This document shows, one piece after another, positions 1 to 8,061 of a stretch of DNA of 17,011 nt (position 1 is the first letter of the stretch; the number at the start of each line of letters is the position of its first letter). The notes below the pieces were generated by a model that was not told where the DNA came from, did no database searches, and saw nothing but the letters and a program-made list of their open reading frames with translations. The stretch comes from Deinococcus radiodurans R1 = ATCC 13939 = DSM 20539 (GTDB lineage Bacteria; Deinococcota; Deinococci; Deinococcales; Deinococcaceae), in NCBI RefSeq assembly GCF_000008565.1, contig NC_001263.1, positions 1,285,373 to 1,302,383 of the forward strand, in the 5' to 3' direction. A program made the position numbers and the translations under genes.

Positions 1-1
1 C

Positions 2-160
2 GCCGGGGGCGGGCGCAACGCGATGGTCTACGAAGGCGAGGAATGCGGCCCGCTGATCTTCGCCGGGGGTGGGGCGGGCGGCATGGTCACGGCCTCGGCG
101 ATGGTGGGCGACCTGCTCGACTACCTGCTGGGCTTTCCGGGGCACGTGCCGCTGCACTAG
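2..160 (+). CDS. hom: 3' end of a CDS entering from the left edge; the C-terminus resembles homoserine dehydrogenase
   Basis: Frame 2 is open from the window edge to TAG at 158-160. It reads [52 protein letters not shown]. The G-x-GAGG-xx-TASA-xxx-DL pattern is the conserved C-terminal signature of homoserine dehydrogenases. Only 52 codons are visible. Confidence 0.5.
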   Translation, partial: AGGGRNAMVYEGEECGPLIFAGGGAGGMVTASAMVGDLLDYLLGFPGHVPLH

Positions 161-260
161 AGCATTTGACAGAATGATCTGATCTGTTTTTGACCCTCTA
201 CCTTGATGGGAGAGGGCCTTGCGAAGCAAGGGGTGAGGGTGTCTTTTGCCGTCCAATGCT
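161..260 (+). repeat. MITE-like small noncoding repeat, copy 1 (Deinococcus SNR/SRE type)
   Basis: Imperfect terminal inverted repeats: AGCATTTGACAG at 161-172 and CCGTCCAATGCT at 249-260 (reverse complement AGCATTGGACGG). The core TTGACCCTCT..GGGAGAGGGCCTTGC-GAA-GCAAGGGGTGAGGG recurs in inverted orientation at 12379-12500. Two internal hairpins: CCCTCT 194-199 with AGAGGG 211-216, and CCTTGC 217-222 with GCAAGG 226-231. No ORF. Confidence 0.75.
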
Positions 261-419
261 TTAAATAGGCTGAGCGAACTGGGCGGAACTCGGGGCATCG
301 CCGTTTCTTAATCTCCGGTAAAGTCCGCTGCGACGGGCGCCGCTCATCCGGACGTCGTAAGCTGAGAGTCAGACGGCAATCCTTTCACTTCTCTCTTGCC
401 GCCACAAGGAGCACTCATC

Positions 420-1055
<636 letters not shown>

Positions 1056-1068
1056 GATTTTCACTGAC

Positions 1069-1100
1069 AAGCCCTGGCCTCGGCTGGGGCTTTTTTATTT
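1069..1100 (+). terminator. Rho-independent terminator after sodA
   Basis: Stem 1071-1078 (GCCCTGGC) pairs with 1083-1090 (GCTGGGGC), including two G-U pairs. Loop is CTCG, followed by TTTTTTATTT at 1091-1100. Confidence 0.7.
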
Positions 1101-1105
1101 ATCCT
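1100..1105 (+). promoter_or_regulatory. -10-like box TATCCT 6 nt upstream of ATG 1112 (leaderless-type promoter candidate)
   Basis: TATCCT (TANNNT) at 1100-1105, then GCCGTC, then ATG. No SD. This is the same hexamer and spacing as upstream of recQ. Confidence 0.4.
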
Positions 1106-1111
1106 GCCGTC

Positions 1112-1405
1112 ATGACTGGGCAGTCGCACCTTCTCTGGGCCGGGCTGCGGTGGAGCCTGCCCTTCGTCCTCGGCGGCGTCTTGCTGGTGCTGAGTGGCCT
1201 CCCTTCGCAGGTCGTCAACCTGTTGCTGGTGCTGCTGGCGCTGGTTGTTGGTGGCCTGGGGCTGTGGCGGCAGCGCTCCGGTCAACCGTTGAAAGCCACC
1301 GATGCCCTCATTTATCTGCTCGGCTTCGTTCTGGGCAGCGGGGTGCTGGCGCTCGTGGCGCTTGCCGCTGTGTACGGCCTGATGGAACGTTCTTTTTCCT
1401 TCTGA
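1112..1405 (+). CDS. Small hypothetical membrane protein (97 aa, about 3 predicted transmembrane (TM) helices)
   Basis: ATG at 1112 within the 824..1405 ORF. Sequence: MTGQSHLLWAGLRWSLPFVLGGVLLVLSGLPSQVVNLLLVLLALVVGGLGLWRQRSGQPLKATDALIYLLGFVLGSGVLALVALAAVYGLMERSFSF. It has hydrophobic helices, fills the sodA-ymdB gap exactly, and is preceded by a -10-like box. No recognisable family. Confidence 0.55.
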   Translation: MTGQSHLLWAGLRWSLPFVLGGVLLVLSGLPSQVVNLLLVLLALVVGGLGLWRQRSGQPLKATDALIYLLGFVLGSGVLALVALAAVYGLMERSFSF

Positions 1406-1410
1406 CCCTC

Positions 1411-1416
1411 TACACT
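1411..1416 (+). promoter_or_regulatory. -10-like box TACACT 7 nt upstream of ATG 1424
   Basis: TACACT, then GCCCCCC, then ATG. No SD sequence. Confidence 0.4.
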
Positions 1417-1423
1417 GCCCCCC

Positions 1424-2191
1424 ATGCGAGTCCTCTTCATCGGCGACGTGTTCGGGCAACCGGGGCGGCGCGTGCTGCAAAATCACCTGCCCACCATTCG
1501 CCCGCAGTTCGATTTCGTAATCGTCAACATGGAGAACTCGGCGGGCGGCTTCGGTATGCACCGCGACGCCGCCCGGGGCGCACTCGAAGCGGGGGCGGGC
1601 TGCCTTACGCTCGGCAACCACGCCTGGCACCACAAGGACATCTACCCGATGCTCAGCGAGGACACCTACCCTATCGTGCGGCCCCTCAACTATGCCGACC
1701 CCGGCACCCCCGGCGTGGGCTGGCGCACCTTCGACGTCAACGGCGAAAAGCTGACGGTGGTCAACCTGCTCGGGCGGGTGTTCATGGAAGCGGTGGACAA
1801 CCCCTTCCGGACGATGGACGCGCTGCTCGAACGAGACGACCTCGGCACCGTCTTCGTGGACTTTCACGCCGAGGCGACCAGCGAGAAAGAGGCGATGGGC
1901 TGGCACCTCGCGGGCCGGGTGGCCGCCGTCATCGGCACGCACACCCACGTGCCGACCGCCGACACCCGCATCCTGAAGGGCGGCACCGCCTACCAGACCG
2001 ACGCCGGCTTTACCGGGCCGCACGACTCCATCATCGGCTCGGCCATTGAGGGACCGCTGCAACGCTTCCTGACCGAGCGCCCGCACCGCTACGGGGTGGC
2101 GGAGGGCCGAGCGGAACTCAACGGCGTGGCGCTGCACTTTGAGGGCGGCAAGGCGACGGCGGCAGAGCGCTACCGTTTTATCGAGGACTAA
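1424..2191 (+). CDS. ymdB: YmdB-family (TIGR00282-type) calcineurin-like metallophosphoesterase, 255 aa
   Basis: Metallophosphoesterase motifs in order: [52 protein letters not shown]. Length and motif order are typical of the YmdB / 2',3'-cyclic-nucleotide phosphodiesterase family. Confidence 0.93.
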
Positions 2192-2200
2192 ATTCGGTGC

Positions 2201-2788
2201 TCAGTCCAGGCAGGCCAGCGCGTGTGCCAGTTGCTCAGCGAACCCGTCTTGCGTTGTCCAGTCCCGACCAAAGAGAAAGTCCAGCGTTTGCCGATACTCC
2301 CGCAATGCAGTCAGGGCTGCAGAGCGCCACGCCTCTGAACTGAGGCTCAGCCTGCTGAAAAATGGACTGTCCTGGCTTTCTGGGGCTCTGCTCTGAGCAT
2401 CGAGGAAGGCCAGTGCCCACTCGCCGTTCGTGCCCTCGGTGAGCCGCAACAGGCCGCCATCCTGGTGCCACACCGTGGCAATCACGCCTGGGCTGTGCTC
2501 CGCACTGCGAAAGCGCTCAAGCTCAGGAGCGGCGGGGCGGTCATGCAGCACGCTGGCAAGCAGAAAATGCACGTAACTCACCAGGTCATGGCCGTCCAGG
2601 GTCCAGAGGAAGGTAAAAATCCGGCCTGTTGCTGCCCGGAGGCCACCCCGGACTTCATAAAATGCCGCCGGGGTGAGGTCTTCGACCCGGACGACGCCCT
2701 GACCGCGTGAGAGCTGGCCGCATGTCCAGATGTCCGTGCCATCATCGGTGTACAGCAGCGACAGGGTGAGGTCACGGAGAGGCGGCAC
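2201..2788 (-). CDS. Hypothetical protein (about 195 aa) of unknown family; start uncertain
   Basis: This is the 3' part of the 2201..4153 minus ORF; the rest of that ORF is antisense to ppc. The region 2201-2788 has coding-like third-position G/C bias and lies outside ppc. There is no in-frame ATG. The first plausible start is GTG at 2786-2788 (VPPLRDLTLSLLYTDDG...). A well-placed SD plus ATG at 2794-2796 is out of frame with it (see findings). Confidence 0.55.
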   Translation of the reverse strand: MPPLRDLTLSLLYTDDGTDIWTCGQLSRGQGVVRVEDLTPAAFYEVRGGLRAATGRIFTFLWTLDGHDLVSYVHFLLASVLHDRPAAPELERFRSAEHSPGVIATVWHQDGGLLRLTEGTNGEWALAFLDAQSRAPESQDSPFFSRLSLSSEAWRSAALTALREYRQTLDFLFGRDWTTQDGFAEQLAHALACLD

Positions 2789-2866
2789 GTCACCATTGTG
2801 GCCTTTCCTCTTCAACCTCACCGGGTCAGGCGTCAAGCGCCCCCAGTCCTTTTCAAAGGAGCAACC

Positions 2867-5356
<2,490 letters not shown>

Positions 5357-5366
5357 TACAAATTCC

Positions 5367-5395
5367 GATTGAATCCAGTTGTTTTGGATTCAATC
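5367..5395. repeat. A+T-rich 10-bp inverted repeat (hairpin) just after the ppc stop
   Basis: GATTGAATCC at 5367-5376 pairs with GGATTCAATC at 5386-5395; 9-nt loop AGTTGTTTT. No T-tract on either side, so it is not a canonical terminator. Confidence 0.4.
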
Positions 5396-5487
5396 CGAGC
5401 GGATGCGAGGAGGAAAAAAGACGGGTTTCGCGGTATGGAAGTACAGGCGGTGCTTTTCCGACTGTGCTGGAATGGAGCGGAATCTGT

Positions 5488-5492
5488 ATGAG
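5488..5492. repeat. Target-site duplication ATGAG (left copy)
   Basis: ATGAG lies immediately outside the left TIR and again immediately outside the right TIR (6818-6822). Confidence 0.75.
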
Positions 5493-5510
5493 CAATGGTG
5501 CGGACAGTTT
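5493..5510 (+). repeat. IS left terminal inverted repeat
   Basis: CAATGGTGCGGACAGTTT, exact reverse complement of 6800-6817. Confidence 0.9.
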
Positions 5511-5580
5511 CGAGGGGATAGAGGGGAGGTCTCCGGTACGGTGAGGTTGCAATGACTTCACGCACAGGAGACCTGCTTCG

Positions 5581-6800
5581 ATGTTACTGATTCTGCTGAC
5601 CCTTTTGGCCCTGCCCGCCCATCAACATCGTTTTTTTGCTGCACTCATTCCGCTTTGGCAAGCCATTCCCGGTCGGATCAACGCCAGGAATTTCAGCGCT
5701 ATAGCGGCTGGAACGAACGGACGCTCCGCCGCTGGTTTCAGAAGACCTTGCCGTGGGCGGAGCTGCACTGGGGCCTGCTGCAACTCCTGGTCCGACTGGG
5801 CGTGTTGGAGGGGCACTTCATCTTGGCCCTGGATGCCAGCTTCGTTCCCAAGTCGGGCAAGCACACTCCGGGGTTGGGGGCCTTCTGGAACGGTGCATTG
5901 CACCGTTCCGAAACCGGATTGGAGCTGTCGTGTCTGGCGCTGCTGAGCTGGTCGGGCCATCATGCGTTTCCTGTCCATGTACAACAAACTCAGCCGCGTG
6001 GACAGAAGGCCGACCGCCTCGAACAGTACCTGGATCAGCTGGTCTCTTTCCTGAAGCAGCGCCGGACCTGGTGAGCTCAGCATCTCCGGGTCGTGGTCGC
6101 CGATGGTCAGTACGCCAAGACGATGTTCATGGACGCCGTGAGTCGCGAAGGCTACGCCTTCGTGACCAAAATGCAGTGCAACGCCAACCTGCTTTACCCC
6201 TTTACCGGCGCACACCCCAAGCGGCGGGGAGGCCGGCAGAAGTGGGCTGGGAAGGTTGATTTCATCCACTTCGATGGGTGGGCCAGTGTGCCTGGTGAGG
6301 ACCGAGAACGGGTGTGGACGCGCGTCGTGTGGGCACCCCATTACGCGCGGCTTCTCCGGGTCGTGGTCATCCAGAACGTAGATCGACGCGGCAAGGTGAA
6401 GGGGCACGTGGTGCTGTGCAGCACCGATCCGACGCTGCCAGCGGAGCAGATTCGGGCGCTGTACAGTGCCCGGTTCAGGCTGGAATTTGTGTTCCGGGAC
6501 GCCAAGCAGTTTGCGGGATTGAACACGTGCCAGCTTCGCCGCACCGTCGCGCTAGAAAACCACTGGAATGCCGCCTTCTTTGCCCTGAGTCTGGGACGGG
6601 CAGAAGTCTTACTTGAAGAGGCAGGACGCCTCCAGCGTCCTGTCTCCCAGATGATGTTCTCCTACGAAGACATCAAAAGGCGGGCCTACAACCGGCTCTT
6701 TGCCCGCCGAATTCTTCGCAATCTCGGTCTTGAGGCACGATTCCACGAGTTGGAGAAACATCCGTCCAGGCCGCTTGACCTTGGCGTCAAAGCCGCCTAA
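5581..6800 (+). pseudogene. DDE transposase interrupted by a -1 frame break (about 5690-5700) and an in-frame TGA (6072-6074)
   Basis: AGGAG at 5566-5570 precedes ATG 5581. The ATG-5581 frame reads MLLILLTLLALPAHQHRFFAALIPLWQAIPGRINARNF. The frame one nucleotide back (-1) continues QRYSGWNERTLRRWFQKTLPWAELHWGLL..ILALDASFVPKSGKHTPGLGAFWNG. The spliced GRINARNFQRYS...ERTLRRWF fits the conserved N-terminal pattern of this transposase family. TGA sits in RRTW*AQHLRVVVADGQY. Catalytic candidates: D in LALDASF, D in VVADGQY, E in RFRLEFVFRDAKQ. The TAA stop at 6798-6800 overlaps the right TIR. Confidence 0.85.
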
Positions 6801-6817
6801 AACTGTCCGCACCATTG
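6800..6817 (-). repeat. IS right terminal inverted repeat
   Basis: AAACTGTCCGCACCATTG, exact reverse complement of 5493-5510. Confidence 0.9.
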
Positions 6818-6822
6818 ATGAG
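6818..6822. repeat. Target-site duplication ATGAG (right copy)
   Basis: Identical to 5488-5492 and directly abuts the right TIR. Confidence 0.75.
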
Positions 6823-6835
6823 GCTCAATGGAAAG

Positions 6836-6867
6836 GGGCGCCACGCGGTTGATTCAGCGTGGCGCCC
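6836..6867. terminator. Probable bidirectional terminator hairpin between the convergent ppc (pre-insertion) and YceI-like genes
   Basis: Perfect 11-bp stem: GGGCGCCACGC at 6836-6846 with GCGTGGCGCCC at 6857-6867; 10-nt loop. Followed by TTCGTTCGTGATTT on the plus strand and CTTTCCATT on the minus strand. Confidence 0.65.
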
Positions 6868-6889
6868 TTCGTTCGTGATTTGAAGAAAC

Positions 6890-7908
6890 TCAGACCAGCA
6901 CGGGCTGAGCTCGCTGGCTCGTCTCGGTCATCACGGCGGGCAGCGAGAACCACAGCGAGCAGCGCAGATCACTCGCCGCAGAGGTGCCGGGGCGCAGGCG
7001 CGTCAGGACGCTGGCGGGCACGTCGATCTGCACGCGGGCGCCGATATAGGTGCGGCCCGCCTGGGGGAGTCGCACGCTCGACAGCCGGGCGGTGAGCGGC
7101 ACGCTCAGGGCGCCGATGCGTCCGCTGCCGCTGACCTCGTAGTCGCCGTCGCCCAGGGCGGTCAGGCGCTCGGAGGTGAAAGCCAGCGGCGTACGGCTGC
7201 CGAACAGCCCGGCGAGCAGCGTATCGTCACGCCTTCGATAGTGCAGCGGCCCACCTCGACTTGCAGCCCCTGCGGGCGGCCATCGACCATGTCGAGCCAG
7301 CCGCGAACGTCGCTGAGTTGCCCGCGCAGCAGGCGGTGGTGCCGCACGGTGAAATCGATGCTCTGGCCGTTGTCTTCCAGTTCCCAGTGCTGGTGCAGGT
7401 TGGGGTCGCTCTGCGGCGTGACCTGGATGTTGACGCGCACGTTCACGTCGTCGCTCAGCGCGAGGCCGCCGAGTTCGAGCGTCTGGTTCCACTTCAGGCC
7501 CCAGGTGCTGCGGCGCAGGTACCCTTCCATGTCGGCGCCGATGCGCATTTCGCCGTAGAGCCCGCGCACCGGCTGGGTCACGTCGAGGTGAAACTCGTAG
7601 GGGTGGGTCTGCCCGTGCAGGCTGAGGTGCCCACGCACCATGAAGCTGTGGGAGGTGAGCACTTCGACGGTATCGCTCTCGAAGACCATCGTGGGGTACT
7701 GCGCGACATCGAAAAAGTCCGGCGCGAGCAGGTGCGCGTCGCGCTGCGCGTTCATGGTCGAGATGCTGCCCACCTCGATTTCCAGGCGAACCCATTGCAG
7801 TTCGCCGCGCTCATTGGTGCGTCCTTCGCCCTCGAAGCGCTCAAACCGGCCCCGAACCGTCGTCAGGCCCCGGCGACTGTTCAGCAGCGCTTCGATTTGG
7901 CCGCCATG
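6890..7908 (-). pseudogene. Tandem YceI-like domain gene, disrupted by a frame break near 7225-7245 and an in-frame TAG at 7909-7911 at the N-terminal edge
   Basis: Domain 1 (ORF 7162..7773 and the open in-frame sequence upstream): ..GLTTVRGRFERFEGEG..LEIEVGSISTMNAQRDAHLLAPDFFDVAQYPTMVFES..VRGHLSLHGQTHP..RRSTWGLKWN. These are YceI hallmarks. Domain 2 starts in the same frame (HWELEDNGQSIDFTVRHHRLLRGQLSDVRGWL..LQVEVG). It continues only in the 6890..7795 frame (RRDDTLLAGLFGSRTPLAFTSERLTALGDGDYEVSGSGRIG..). There is no ATG/GTG/TTG between the TAG and the GTG at 7773, although the conserved VRGRF strand lies in that interval. Confidence 0.75.
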
Positions 7909-7999
7909 CTAGGCAGCCCGGTCTTCCAACAATCTGACAGCGACTGGGCGCTGAAAAAGTCGGGATTTCGCCCCTTTGTAGAACAAGTCACAGAAGGAA

Positions 8000-8033
8000 A
8001 AAACGGGATAATGCCCCCGCTTGCCCCCGTTTT
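8000..8033 (-). terminator. Candidate rho-independent terminator after recQ
   Basis: On the minus strand, AAAACGGG pairs with CCCGTTTT (8026-8033 with 8000-8007). The T run continues (CCCGTTTTTTCC). The 18-nt loop is large, so this is only moderately convincing. Confidence 0.45.
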
Positions 8034-8061
8034 CTAAATGTGCTGAGTGGCCCGGCGGCCC

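Larger units (their letters stand above)
5493..6817 (+). mobile_element. Insertion sequence, 1325 bp, IS4/IS701-superfamily DDE type
   Basis: Perfect 18-bp TIRs: CAATGGTGCGGACAGTTT at 5493-5510, and its exact reverse complement at 6800-6817. Flanked by a 5-bp direct repeat ATGAG. Carries a single DDE transposase reading frame. G+C is visibly lower than the flanking genes. Confidence 0.9.

Noticed and set aside
61-82. G-rich run GGGGGTGGGGCGGGCGG as a G-quadruplex
   Set aside because: It has only three tracts of at least 3 G; the fourth is GG. It also lies inside a coding region (Gly codons).
396-419. TTG at 396 as the sodA start (ORF track)
   Set aside because: The AAGGAG SD at 406-411 lies downstream of it. 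SOD family N-termini begin at the equivalent of [10 protein letters not shown] (ATG 420).
2578-2796. 72-aa ORF starting at the well-placed ATG 2794-2796 as a gene in its own right
   Set aside because: Its sequence (MVTCRLSVTSPCRCCTPMMARTSG...) looks like an off-frame read of the longer ORF, which shows the better coding periodicity. I treat the ATG as the probable true start of the long ORF, displaced by a 1-nt indel.
2798-2866. GTG at 2798 as the ppc start (ORF track)
   Set aside because: The AAGGAG at 2856-2861 and ATG 2867 give the conserved PEPC N-terminus. The 23 extra residues (MAFPLQPHRVRRQAPPVLFKGAT) have no counterpart in the family and would leave only 9 bp between ppc and the divergent gene's GTG start at 2788.
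5684-5702. Programmed -1 ribosomal frameshift in the transposase
   Set aside because: The site G-AAT-TTC is not a canonical X-XXY-YYZ slippery heptamer. I see no downstream stem-loop or pseudoknot at the right distance. This IS superfamily normally encodes a single uninterrupted ORF, and a second lesion (TGA 6072-6074) is also present.
6083-6368. Exact 16-nt direct repeat TCTCCGGGTCGTGGTC at 6083-6098 and 6353-6368 inside the IS
   Set aside because: Both copies are in frame and encode LRVVV beta-strand segments using the preferred codons. There is no flanking similarity, so this is most simply coincidence of a common motif plus codon bias rather than a structural repeat or recombination scar.
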